Shown: positions 47,449 through 56,726 of the stretch, one piece after another
How the letters are laid out: every line of letters starts with the position of its first letter
Position numbering within the stretch: position 1 is the stretch's first letter
DNA from: an uncultured Pseudomonadales bacterium
GTDB lineage: Bacteria > Patescibacteriota > Microgenomatia > UBA1400 > UBA12108
Length of the DNA: 64,000 bases
Assembly: GCA_964502225.1 (NCBI GenBank)
Contig: CAZCUC010000002.1
Coordinates: 9,092 to 73,091, forward strand
Direction of reading: 5' to 3'
Notes under the pieces: model-generated
Seen by the model: only the letters and a program-made list of their open reading frames with translations
Told to the model about the DNA's origin: nothing
The model's database searches: none
Position numbers and translations under genes: made by a program

Positions 47449-48441
47449 TTAACTCCTCTCCCGATGTAGATCGGGACTAAATGCTTTGATAACTGTTTTG
47501 ATCGTCAAGTAAATGGGCATAGCCAGGATAGCACCAGTCACCCCACCCAGAGTAAAGCCAACAAGGAGAACGAGAATGGTCACGAGTGGCTCGGTGCCGG
47601 TAGCTGATTCCATAATTTTGGGAACAATTAAATTGTTTTCCAGTTGCTGAATGACAATACTCAAAATAAGTGCACCCAACCCTACATAGGGAGAGACAGT
47701 GAGACCAATGAGAATAGCAGGGATGGCGGCGATAGTGGGTCCCAAGTTTGGCACGGCCTCTAGGAGACCAGCAATAACTGCGAGGGGTAAAGCATAGGGA
47801 ATACCAAGTGCCTGAAGACCCAGGTAAGTCATGAGCCCAATAATCGCCATCAGGAATAGTTCGCCTCTGACCCAGCCACCAACCTGACGTTCGACTGCGA
47901 TGACCAATGCTTCGGCGCGTGATTCGGCGTTGCGATTATCAAAGAATCTGAGTAAATAACGATGGAGGTTGGGACGTTCCAGTACCAAGTAGTAGGACAT
48001 AAAGAAGAGGGCCAAAATATTCATAATATTTGAGAAGGCACCGGCGGCGATTTTGAGCAGATTGGAGGGAACCGAGCTCAAGTAGTTGCCTACTACGTTG
48101 GGATCAAATTGAGCATTAAACATGTCTTCGAGATTGTGCATATAAGTCGGGAGGACGAGTGTCAAATCTTTGGTTTGTTGCACTACAGCTGGGACAAGTG
48201 AAGCAATGACTGTAGAAATCAGGGCAATCAAGCCAAAATAAATCACCAACATAACGATGATCGTGGGGATTTTGATTTTTTTGGCGAGTTTGATAACTGG
48301 ATTGACGGCAGTCATTAAAATGAAGGCAATGAATAACAGCACGATAATACTGCGAACCTGGTAAATAAACCAAAGTCCCAAGACAAGGCTAAACGTAAAA
48401 ACAATAGTTTTTTGTGAAATCTCGACTTTTTTGGTTTCCAT
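47449..48441 (-). CDS. AI-2E-family transporter
   Basis: VP.LGP, QQLENNL.VP.I and G..GAILA.P. Confidence 0.9.
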   Translation of the reverse strand: METKKVEISQKTIVFTFSLVLGLWFIYQVRSIIVLLFIAFILMTAVNPVIKLAKKIKIPTIIVMLVIYFGLIALISTVIASLVPAVVQQTKDLTLVLPTYMHNLEDMFNAQFDPNVVGNYLSSVPSNLLKIAAGAFSNIMNILALFFMSYYLVLERPNLHRYLLRFFDNRNAESRAEALVIAVERQVGGWVRGELFLMAIIGLMTYLGLQALGIPYALPLAVIAGLLEAVPNLGPTIAAIPAILIGLTVSPYVGLGALILSIVIQQLENNLIVPKIMESATGTEPLVTILVLLVGFTLGGVTGAILAMPIYLTIKTVIKAFSPDLHRERS

Positions 48442-48444
48442 AGT

Positions 48445-49305
48445 TTAGTCCTCTTGTATATAGCTATCATACCATTTTATACTTTTAACCTTGTTAAACC
48501 AAGTCATTTGCCTTTTAACGTAAGCCATTTCGTCCCTTACCCAATTCTCTATCAGTTGAGCGTAGGACAAATCACCTTTTAGGTAGCTAATAATACTTTT
48601 GTAGCCAATAGCGGTCATAGATTTGAGGTTGGGATCGTATTTGGAAAGGAGTGTTTTGGTTTCTTCGATCGCTCCATCATTTAGCCGGTCTATTACCCGA
48701 GATTTGATAATACTACGATGATTCGAATCATCGTAGTATTTAAGTCCAATGAGATTAGATTCGAGCTTAGAGAGGCTAGATTCTCGTGTGGACTTGGGAG
48801 ATACGGCAACTTCAATTGCACGACTTAATCGCCGGGGATTGTTCACATCACTATTGTTCATACTGGCAAATTTGGCTAGATCTAACTCTTTTAACTTGAG
48901 CTTTAGCTTGGAGGTAGATAGGAGCGATAGCTCGTCGCGGAGTGATTGATTGATGGGGACACTGAGTGTCGCAATCCCATCAGTTAAGGCTTTGACGTAG
49001 AGGCCAGTACCACCCACCACAATAACCTGTTTATCCTCTTCCCATGCACGCTGGATATGAGGCATGACAGAGTTGTACCAGACAGATACTGAGCATTCCT
49101 CGTCTGGATCCACGATGTCGATCCCGTAGAGCACAAGATCTTTTGGATGATCTTTGCCGGTGACGATGTCCATACCTCGATAGACCTGGCGAGAGTCGGC
49201 AGAGACCAAAATGCTTGGTGAGAGTTTAGATAACTCGATGGCTTTTTTGGTTTTACCGGTGGCAGTTGGTCCGACGACACAGTGGAGTTTGTGCATATTA
49301 GTCAA
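48445..49305 (-). CDS. miaA: tRNA dimethylallyltransferase
   Basis: GPTATGKT, SADSRQVYRGMDI.TGK, VGGTGLY and Y.KRQ.TWF. Confidence 0.95.
   Translation of the reverse strand: MTNMHKLHCVVGPTATGKTKKAIELSKLSPSILVSADSRQVYRGMDIVTGKDHPKDLVLYGIDIVDPDEECSVSVWYNSVMPHIQRAWEEDKQVIVVGGTGLYVKALTDGIATLSVPINQSLRDELSLLSTSKLKLKLKELDLAKFASMNNSDVNNPRRLSRAIEVAVSPKSTRESSLSKLESNLIGLKYYDDSNHRSIIKSRVIDRLNDGAIEETKTLLSKYDPNLKSMTAIGYKSIISYLKGDLSYAQLIENWVRDEMAYVKRQMTWFNKVKSIKWYDSYIQED
48709..48740. repeat. Perfect 32-bp palindrome inside miaA (family copy 5)
   Basis: AATACTACGATGATTC|GAATCATCGTAGTATT; encodes YYDDSNHRSI. Confidence 0.93.
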
Positions 49306-50086
49306 CGGAAATTAATCCACGCTTAAGAATGTGAGAGAAGCTACGGTGAATCATAAGCATGGCAATTACAAAATAAATTAGACAGAGGAAGGTGGGCCAA
49401 ATCAAATCTGTTAAGGGTGATGGTGAACCATTCGCGGCGGAGCGCATGGCTTCAAAAACGTAGCTGGCTGGGACATAGCTGGCCACTGATTGTGCCCAGG
49501 GCGGCAAACTACTGACGGGATAGTAAACAGCGGCAAAGGGAGCCACGATGTAGATTGAGGTCCATGCCAAAGTTTGGATCTTGGTACCATAACGCATGAT
49601 AATCCCAGCAACTAGCAAGCCAAAAACCCATCCAAACATAATTAGGAGTACTGCCCAGGGCACTAAGACGAGACCAACAGAGAGAATATTGGCGGAATAA
49701 AGAAAATAAACGAGGAGACTGGCATAGGTGAAGGAAATGATGGCCTTGCCTACTCCAAGCAACAACAACGTGATTACCCACTCCATAAATTTAACGGGTG
49801 AGACAAAAATATTGACCAAGTTGCGGTTCCAGAGATCTTCGAGCAGATTGACGGCAATTTCATACTGACTACGCCAAGGGAAGATCCAGAGAATAATGCC
49901 TCCGAGGAGTCCGAGGATTAGAGTACTGCCCCCGCCCTCTAGATTTTTGGCAAAGTAGCTACTAGTCATGCCCCAAAGGATAATATCCACAGTTGGCCAG
50001 AAAAAAGCATCACTCAAACGATCAAGGGAGTGCTTGAATAGATAGAGATAGCGAAGAGTAAGACCCCAAATACGATATAACTTCAT
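49298..50086 (-). CDS. ABC-2 exporter permease
   Basis: About six TMs, YYPVS.LP.W; coupled to the ATPase gene. Confidence 0.88.
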   Translation of the reverse strand: MKLYRIWGLTLRYLYLFKHSLDRLSDAFFWPTVDIILWGMTSSYFAKNLEGGGSTLILGLLGGIILWIFPWRSQYEIAVNLLEDLWNRNLVNIFVSPVKFMEWVITLLLLGVGKAIISFTYASLLVYFLYSANILSVGLVLVPWAVLLIMFGWVFGLLVAGIIMRYGTKIQTLAWTSIYIVAPFAAVYYPVSSLPPWAQSVASYVPASYVFEAMRSAANGSPSPLTDLIWPTFLCLIYFVIAMLMIHRSFSHILKRGLISVD

Positions 50087-50991
50087 TTTTCCCTCGCAAT
50101 CTTCATAAAGTAATCTTCTAGATTGGGCTTGTCGATAGAAATCTCGGTGTAGCCAATATTTTTCTTGGTAACCTCGTAGAGGAATAAAGGCAGTAAAGTT
50201 TCTTTGATGGTAATCGTATATTGTTTGTCATCGACCAACGACTCCAGTTTGCGAAGAGTGATGAGCTTATCTAGTTCGGCTGAGTTTTTGGTCACGCGTA
50301 GTCGTAAGTGGGAGAATTCGAGTTTTTTAGCGAGATTGGCGGGTGAGTCAGCTCCCACAACGAGTCCGTCCTTGAGAATAATCACTCGGTCGCACAACTC
50401 CTCTACCTCGGCCATATTGTGAGAGGTTAAGATGATCGAAGTATTGAACTTGGTCCGCTGATCGGCGAAGAACTCTCGCATGTAGGTAGCGACTTCGGGG
50501 TCTAAACTGGCAGTAGGCTCGTCGAGCAAAAGGACCTTGGGAAAGTTGACCATAGAGCGAGCGAGATTGACCCGAGTACGTTGCCCGGCAGAAAGTGAGC
50601 CAAAAGGCTGATGCCAAATTTTATCTAGTCGAAAGATTTCTTTGATTTTATTTAATCTCTTTTTACGATCGTCGATTTTGTACAACCAAGAAGTCCATGT
50701 TAGATTTTCGGCAACTGTAATCCGCCAAGGTAGATCGGTATAGGTAGAGGAAAAGTTCATGGATTCGAGGATCTCGGATTTGTGCAGGGAGAGATCCTTA
50801 CCAAAAACATTGATTGCTCCACTAGTTGGCGTGAGAATACCAAGGAGCATTTGGAGAGTCGTGGTTTTGCCCGCGCCGTTGGGGCCGAGGATCCCTAAAA
50901 TCTCCCCTTCTGCCATGTCGAAACTAATCCCTTTGATGACGGGATTTTGCTTAAAACTCTTTTTTAAATCTTTTACCTCAAGTATCGCCAT
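50083..50991 (-). CDS. ABC transporter ATP-binding protein
   Basis: GPNGAGKT, LSAGQ and LLLDEPT. Confidence 0.95.
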   Translation of the reverse strand: MAILEVKDLKKSFKQNPVIKGISFDMAEGEILGILGPNGAGKTTTLQMLLGILTPTSGAINVFGKDLSLHKSEILESMNFSSTYTDLPWRITVAENLTWTSWLYKIDDRKKRLNKIKEIFRLDKIWHQPFGSLSAGQRTRVNLARSMVNFPKVLLLDEPTASLDPEVATYMREFFADQRTKFNTSIILTSHNMAEVEELCDRVIILKDGLVVGADSPANLAKKLEFSHLRLRVTKNSAELDKLITLRKLESLVDDKQYTITIKETLLPLFLYEVTKKNIGYTEISIDKPNLEDYFMKIAREK

Positions 50992-51013
50992 TTAATGATT
51001 GTATCATGCTAGA

Positions 51014-51817
51014 TCAGGAGGAAGCAGAGGAATAGGATAGGAGGGCGCGGTGCCAGAACCATAATGCGAGGCGGAGCTGGACCAAAGCAAGGAAAGCAAA
51101 CCCAAGCAAGTACCACGGATTGTAGAGACCAAAAATAATCCTGGCGGGGATAGTGGCCATGAGCGCGAAAGGAAACAAGTAGGTGAGAACGGAGCTACCG
51201 ATCTTGCCGTAGATCTCGATGGGCATAGAAGCCATTTTTTCTAGATCGCGATAAAGCATAATTGTGTTGTCGACTTCGAGATACTTGACCCCGATGGCGA
51301 TGATTGCAATGTGCCAGGCCAGGATTGTGAGTGCACTGATTGCGATCGCAGAGATTACAGCTAGGATAATGGGTAGACTGAGGGGAAAGCCTGTGGCGAG
51401 CCAGGCCCAAATGACAATACCAAGGTAAGGCAGAAATAAAATCAAGTCTAGTGGGTCGGTATAGGAAAAGAGACTATAAAATAATTCGGACAAGGGGTTG
51501 AGTAAGTAAAAATCAAAAGTACCATCCACAACTTTTTGGCGAAAAAGATAAATCCCGCGCATAAACAATTGAATCAGCGAACTAACCAAGTTGAATAAGG
51601 CAAGGATAAGGATGGCTTGAGATAGCGTGTACCCTACGATAAGTTGGGCACGTCCAACTATGAGGTAGACCATCAAAAAAGCTGTACCCAGTCTAAACAA
51701 TTTACTGACTATGAATAGTACCGCGGCGAGACGAGCATTGGCTATTTGACTTTGAAACTGCTGAGCCGTGAGCTTGAGCCAGACACGCAGATAAGCTTTG
51801 AAAAAATGTGATTTCAT
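51014..51817 (-). CDS. ABC-2 family permease (DUF990-like)
   Basis: G.FDFYLL.P, P..IY and Y.SASS terminus. Confidence 0.85.
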   Translation of the reverse strand: MKSHFFKAYLRVWLKLTAQQFQSQIANARLAAVLFIVSKLFRLGTAFLMVYLIVGRAQLIVGYTLSQAILILALFNLVSSLIQLFMRGIYLFRQKVVDGTFDFYLLNPLSELFYSLFSYTDPLDLILFLPYLGIVIWAWLATGFPLSLPIILAVISAIAISALTILAWHIAIIAIGVKYLEVDNTIMLYRDLEKMASMPIEIYGKIGSSVLTYLFPFALMATIPARIIFGLYNPWYLLGFAFLALVQLRLALWFWHRALLSYSSASS

Positions 51818-52602
51818 CGTCCCTCGGCCTCGTATGATTTGATCCCCTTTTGCCATATAAAGCGAGCCAATAATCCAAGGATTACGACCCAACAGATGCT
51901 CGTAAGGAGATGAAAAGTAATATTGGTGTCTGTACCCAAGTAGATTTTAAGAGGAGCATATAAAAGGTAAGGAAAAGGCGTAAAGTGAAGCCATTGTTGC
52001 CATACAAGTGGGAGCATATCGAGAGGAAACATGGCACCGGTCGCAAACTCCATAACTACCATGAGGAGGAATCTGGGTGCCCAGATATCGCGTGACCAAA
52101 AAGCCAAAGAACCAAAGATAACGTTGATGTAAAAATAAATCAGGATAGCTAGGATTACGGAAAGAGAAAATAGAATGATAGTCATCGGGTTGGATTGCAA
52201 GAATATGGGTGGGTGAAAAACAAAATATATCAAAGGCAATTCGATAAACATAAAGCCCAAGTTAAAAAGTTTGTCGGCAGAATCGCGGACGAAGAAAAAG
52301 CTAAACATGTTGATCGGTCGCATGAGCGGGATAGTGAGTGCACCGGTATTGATCATCCCACCTAAATCAATAGTGCGTGACCCCATGACGAGTGAGCGGA
52401 GAATGGTCGTCCCAAAAAGGTAGGTCATGATGGCGGGAAAAGCGTAACCGTAGATATCACCCCCCTGCCCTAGGACTGATTTCCAGATGAAAAATGGGAT
52501 GAGAAAAACAAAAATCTGTCTTACCCTCCACATGACCATGTTGAGTCGGTAGGCAAAGATCTCTTGGAGAGTGATCGTGAATAGTGAGAAATATTTTCGC
52601 AT
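51814..52602 (-). CDS. ABC-2 family permease (DUF990-like)
   Basis: AYR.N, I..G.L...L.RP, G..FPLD.LP and Y.A.G terminus. Confidence 0.87.
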   Translation of the reverse strand: MRKYFSLFTITLQEIFAYRLNMVMWRVRQIFVFLIPFFIWKSVLGQGGDIYGYAFPAIMTYLFGTTILRSLVMGSRTIDLGGMINTGALTIPLMRPINMFSFFFVRDSADKLFNLGFMFIELPLIYFVFHPPIFLQSNPMTIILFSLSVILAILIYFYINVIFGSLAFWSRDIWAPRFLLMVVMEFATGAMFPLDMLPLVWQQWLHFTPFPYLLYAPLKIYLGTDTNITFHLLTSICWVVILGLLARFIWQKGIKSYEAEGR

Positions 52603-53522
52603 TATTTGCCCGCAAAAACTTGGCGAATGACATCTTCAATCTCTACTTCTTTAATGTTGATGTCGACTACCCCAGGATCTTTGAGGAGATCGACGGCTTT
52701 TTCGGCTACTTGCGCCCGCAAGACTTTGTGGGTGGTCGTGCCAGAGGGAGTAATAACTTCGATGATTTTATGCTGGCTAAATTTGGCGATCACGTCGGAG
52801 AGCAAGCCGTCATAGAGGATGCTACCCTGATCGATGATGATGACCCGTTTACAGAGCTCTTTGACATCGTCCATATAGTGACTAGTTAGGATAATCGAAC
52901 CCTCGCTATTTTGGTTGTATTCTTTGAGAAAGTTGCGCATGGATTGTTGCATGACGACATCTAAACCGATGGTGGGCTCGTCGAGAAAAAGGATTTTGGG
53001 GGAGTGAATGAGGGCGGCTACGAGCTCGGCTTTCATTCGCTGACCGAGAGAGAGCTTGCGAACCTGGACGTTTAAGACGTCGCCAATCTCGAGCATTTCT
53101 ACCAGTTTATTGAGAGTTTTTTTGTAGACGCTATCTCTTATCCCGTAGATATCTTTGGCTAAATTGAATGACTCGATTGCGGGCAAGTCCCACCACAACT
53201 GATTTTTTTGACCCATGACTAGGGAGATCTGGCGAAGGAAATCGTAATCACGTTTCCAGGGATCATGACCGATCACCCTCACCTCGCCAGAGGTGGGATA
53301 AAGTAAACCGGAGAGCATTTTGAGAGTCGTGGTTTTGCCCGCACCGTTTGGCCCGATAAAACCTACTAGCTCCCCTTCGTCGATCACAAAGGAGACATCT
53401 TTGACGGCAACTTTCTCTTCTTTGATTGGAGCAAATAAATCTTTAATTGAACCCGAGAGGCCTGTACGCTTTTTCTGGACGGAGTAGACCTTTCTCAGGT
53501 TATCAGCGATGATTGTGTGCAT
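52602..53522 (-). CDS. ABC transporter ATP-binding protein
   Basis: GPNGAGKT, LSLGQRM and FLDEPTIGLD. Confidence 0.95.
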   Translation of the reverse strand: MHTIIADNLRKVYSVQKKRTGLSGSIKDLFAPIKEEKVAVKDVSFVIDEGELVGFIGPNGAGKTTTLKMLSGLLYPTSGEVRVIGHDPWKRDYDFLRQISLVMGQKNQLWWDLPAIESFNLAKDIYGIRDSVYKKTLNKLVEMLEIGDVLNVQVRKLSLGQRMKAELVAALIHSPKILFLDEPTIGLDVVMQQSMRNFLKEYNQNSEGSIILTSHYMDDVKELCKRVIIIDQGSILYDGLLSDVIAKFSQHKIIEVITPSGTTTHKVLRAQVAEKAVDLLKDPGVVDINIKEVEIEDVIRQVFAGK

Positions 53523-53531
53523 GGAATAATC

Positions 53532-53807
53532 TTACCAGATTATTTTGCGCAAAGGCTTGGCGGCCTTGAAGTTGACGACGTGGTGAGATTTGACGGTCAC
53601 ACGTTTGTCAGACTTGCCAAAGGGAACAACATCTTTTGGCCCTACTTTACCGATAGAAAGTGTCCCAACTCCGGACAAGACAACTTTGTCGCCCTTTTTG
53701 AGGGTTTTGATAATCTCATCGAGAAAGGTGTCGATGGCATCTTTGGCGGTTTTTTTGGTCATGTGGGCAGATTTGGCAATAATTTCGTAGTAATCAGATT
53801 TTTTCAT
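53532..53807 (-). CDS. HU/IHF-family DNA-binding protein (divergent)
   Basis: 91 aa; I...LKKGDKV.L.G.G and V.FK..K.L; GAGGAG SD. Confidence 0.85.
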   Translation of the reverse strand: MKKSDYYEIIAKSAHMTKKTAKDAIDTFLDEIIKTLKKGDKVVLSGVGTLSIGKVGPKDVVPFGKSDKRVTVKSHHVVNFKAAKPLRKIIW

Positions 53808-53834
53808 TTGATCTCCTCAATATTATTTAATAAC

Positions 53835-53860
53835 ACGGGCGGATAATAATCCGCCCCTAC
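53835..53860 (-). repeat. GTAG-tagged REP-like palindrome
   Basis: Minus strand GTAG-GGGCGGAT-TATT-ATCCGCCC-GT. Confidence 0.75.
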
Positions 53861-53868
53861 AAATATGC

Positions 53869-55401
53869 TTATTTGGCGACTTGCTGGGCGCGGGTCTCAC
53901 GAATGGTCGTGACCGTCACGGTACCTGGATAGGTCAGCTTGGCTTTGATCTCGTCGCGGATGTCGCTGGCCAGTCTGACGGCTTCGTCGTCGGTAGCCTT
54001 ACCTGGATCGACCATAACACGCACTTCGCGTCCGGCTGAGATGGCGTAGGCTTCAAATACCCCTGGTTTGCTCATAGCGATGTCTTCGATGGCTTTCAAG
54101 CGCTTGACGTACTCGGCGACGTTCTCGTAGCGAGCACCTGGGCGTGAACCGGAGATGGCGTCAGAGATATAAACCAAGATGGCTTCTTTGCTCGTAAACT
54201 CGACATCTTCGTGATGCTGAGCGACACAGTCCACAACAGCTTTGGGCATGTTGTATTTCTCTAGTAGCTTGACACCGAGCTCGACGTGACTACCCTCTTC
54301 ATCGGTCACGATCTTGCCGATATCGTGGAAAAGACAACCGAGTCGGACGATGTCGACGTTGGCGTGCGTCTCAGCCGCCAAGTTCATGCCGATACGGGTT
54401 TCTTCGAGGGTGTGAGCCAACATGTTTTGGCCATAACTAGAGCGGAACTTGAACCGACCGAGCATGGCGATCAGATCGGTGGGAAGATTGTAGGCACCTA
54501 CCATGTGGCAGAGTTTTTTGCCTTCTTCAAACATGATTTTTTCGATATCGTGACGAGCTTTGGCGACGTATTCCTCGATGCGAGTAGGCTGGATACGACC
54601 GTCCTTGATCAACCGTTCGAGGGCGACACGGGCCACCTCGCGACGAACCCCGTCGTAACACGACAACCTGACTTCACCGGGAGTTTCGTCCATGTCGATA
54701 TCGACACCAGTGACTTTTTCGAAAGTACGGATATTCCTACCCTCTTTGCCGATAATGCGACCTTTGACGTCGTCATCGGCGATCTTGACGGTCGAAATGG
54801 TAAACTCGGCAACGTACTCGGTAGAACCATGGTACATGGCATCGATGAGAAGACTTTGGGCTTTTTCTTCGACAGATTCCTTGATTTCGTCTTCGGCGGT
54901 GCGGATACGCTCGGCTACATCGCGTGCGAGTTTTTTGTCCACGGCAGAAAGCAAAACATCTTTGGCTTTTTCTTTGGTGAGTCCACCGATCTTCTCTAGT
55001 TTTTCGACTTGTTTGAGACGGAGTTCGGCGATTTCGGCTTTAGTTTTTTCGATTTCGGCTAATCTAGACTTTATTTCGTTGTCTTTTTTGACTAGCTCGG
55101 CCTCGCGAGCAACAATTAAATCCTCGGCACGCTTGAGTTTGTCTTCTTGACTCCTCAATGTACTTTGGAGTGCTTGCATCTCGACTTTGGCTGTTTCTCT
55201 GATTTTGTCGGCTTGCTCACGAGCAAATGCCAAGACTTCTTTAGCGGTACTCTCGGCTTGCTTTAATATTTCGGTGTTTTCGGCTGATTTTTGAGCCTCT
55301 TTCTTCACGGGAGCTGTGACTTTGACAGCCTTGGGGGTTTCAACTTTAGCTTTTTTGGCTTTGTTAAAAGTGGCAAGTAATGACTTGAGTAATATCGACA
55401 T
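53869..55401 (-). CDS. rny: Ribonuclease Y
   Basis: Coiled coil, KH domain KGRIIGKEGRNIR, HDIGK and DAISGSRPGAR. Confidence 0.96.
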   Translation of the reverse strand: MSILLKSLLATFNKAKKAKVETPKAVKVTAPVKKEAQKSAENTEILKQAESTAKEVLAFAREQADKIRETAKVEMQALQSTLRSQEDKLKRAEDLIVAREAELVKKDNEIKSRLAEIEKTKAEIAELRLKQVEKLEKIGGLTKEKAKDVLLSAVDKKLARDVAERIRTAEDEIKESVEEKAQSLLIDAMYHGSTEYVAEFTISTVKIADDDVKGRIIGKEGRNIRTFEKVTGVDIDMDETPGEVRLSCYDGVRREVARVALERLIKDGRIQPTRIEEYVAKARHDIEKIMFEEGKKLCHMVGAYNLPTDLIAMLGRFKFRSSYGQNMLAHTLEETRIGMNLAAETHANVDIVRLGCLFHDIGKIVTDEEGSHVELGVKLLEKYNMPKAVVDCVAQHHEDVEFTSKEAILVYISDAISGSRPGARYENVAEYVKRLKAIEDIAMSKPGVFEAYAISAGREVRVMVDPGKATDDEAVRLASDIRDEIKAKLTYPGTVTVTTIRETRAQQVAK

Positions 55402-55552
55402 ATGTCTCCTAAAAAACTGTTATATACATTCAAGAAAAACGCTTACCAAAAACCAAAAAAACCACTTATGCTTTGACTGCTGGACTTAGTGAATAAAATT
55501 TAGTCATGTTTTTTGTATTTTTGTAATATCTTTCTTAAAAGGTACCCTCATT

Positions 55553-56173
55553 CTACTCTGATTCCCAATTTTTGACAACCTCGGTGATCTTGTCCCAGGC
55601 GAAACCCTGGCGAGCCAAATACCCCACTATTTTTTGCTTTTCGGCAGGCTCGAGCCGATGAGGCAACCCGAGTTTTTTCTCTAGGAGATGATAGATCGTG
55701 GCTGACTCATCGCTGATAGAACCTGATACTGCCTGGATAATGTCCTCGGCGATTCCCTTGGCTTTGAGCTCAGCGCTTAAATAGCGTTTAGAGCGAGGAC
55801 GATGCGAGTTGCGGGAGGAGATAAACCACTCTGCAAATGCGCGATCGTCGAGGTAGCCATGACTTTGGAGCCTGGCGATGATGACGTCTTGCTTGGCGGA
55901 CTCTCTGAGTTCGTACTTCCAGAGTCGATCTCTAACTTCTTTCACCGTGCGGGGACGGTACGAGAGGAAATTGAGGATCTTGGAGTAGAGATATTCATCT
56001 TGATCGGCAGACTTTAACTGCTCAATCAAATCTGGACTGATTTCTAGTCCTTTCTTGAGATTATGTCTGGCGACTTCATCGATAGAAAGCGCAAAAGCAA
56101 ACTCGTCGTCCAAATAAAGATTGACCCGGTTGGGATTCTTCTTGCCTTGGACTAGACGCGTGACTATTGGCAT
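55553..56173 (-). CDS. recX: Regulatory protein RecX
   Basis: LS.RPRT..E...L, GYLDD..FA, EL..KGI and L.R.GF. Confidence 0.9.
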   Translation of the reverse strand: MPIVTRLVQGKKNPNRVNLYLDDEFAFALSIDEVARHNLKKGLEISPDLIEQLKSADQDEYLYSKILNFLSYRPRTVKEVRDRLWKYELRESAKQDVIIARLQSHGYLDDRAFAEWFISSRNSHRPRSKRYLSAELKAKGIAEDIIQAVSGSISDESATIYHLLEKKLGLPHRLEPAEKQKIVGYLARQGFAWDKITEVVKNWESE

Positions 56174-56718
56174 TATTTTAGATCGATTGTTTGGGCTAGT
56201 TTTTCTAGCGCCCTACGACGCATATTATTGTCTTCACTTAATTTTTCCTCTACTGACATTTCGGCAAAAGTTTTGGAGGATCCTGTAGGCATAAAAATAG
56301 AATCCCAGCCAAATCCGTTGGAACCCCTTGACTCTACAATAACACCATCGACACTACCTTCAAAGAAGGATATGTCACCGTTCTGGCTGATGTACCCGAA
56401 AATCGAGACCGCAGTTGCTGTGTTATTGCCTATCTGCGTGGCTAAACTGGATAAACCCTCTACTCCAAGCGATTTCATAAACCACTTAATTAGTGGACCT
56501 GGCAATCCATTTAATCCTTTGAAGTAGAGCGAAGTATCCTCTACGAGGATTTCACCGAGACAATTTTTTTGAGCCTCTTTAAGTTTTGCAGTGATAATAT
56601 CTTTCGCATCATTTGATTGAACTTCTACTAGATCAATTGGCAGTTGTTCAACTGATGGTAGATAAGATTTTACTTCGGCAAACTTTCCAGCATTGCCTGT
56701 CACAAAATATAAAGTCAT
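56173..56718 (-). CDS. Ham1/ITPase non-canonical purine NTP pyrophosphatase
   Basis: FVTGN.GK..E, VEDTSL....LNGLPGP.IKWF and FGWD.IF. Confidence 0.93.
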   Translation of the reverse strand: MTLYFVTGNAGKFAEVKSYLPSVEQLPIDLVEVQSNDAKDIITAKLKEAQKNCLGEILVEDTSLYFKGLNGLPGPLIKWFMKSLGVEGLSSLATQIGNNTATAVSIFGYISQNGDISFFEGSVDGVIVESRGSNGFGWDSIFMPTGSSKTFAEMSVEEKLSEDNNMRRRALEKLAQTIDLK

Positions 56719-56726
56719 AGATAAAT

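Noticed and set aside
48757-48784. Possible second inserted element in miaA (AGATTCGAGCT...AGGCTAGATTCT)
   Set aside because: Symmetry is weak and there is no second copy in the window.
54286-54999. 237-aa antisense ORF opposite rny, and similar shadows opposite copA, secD and recA
   Set aside because: Antisense shadows of codon-biased genes, with no motifs or initiation signals.
55402-55552. Long AT-rich spacer upstream of rny as an ncRNA
   Set aside because: No convincing stem or known motif; consistent with a promoter and leader.
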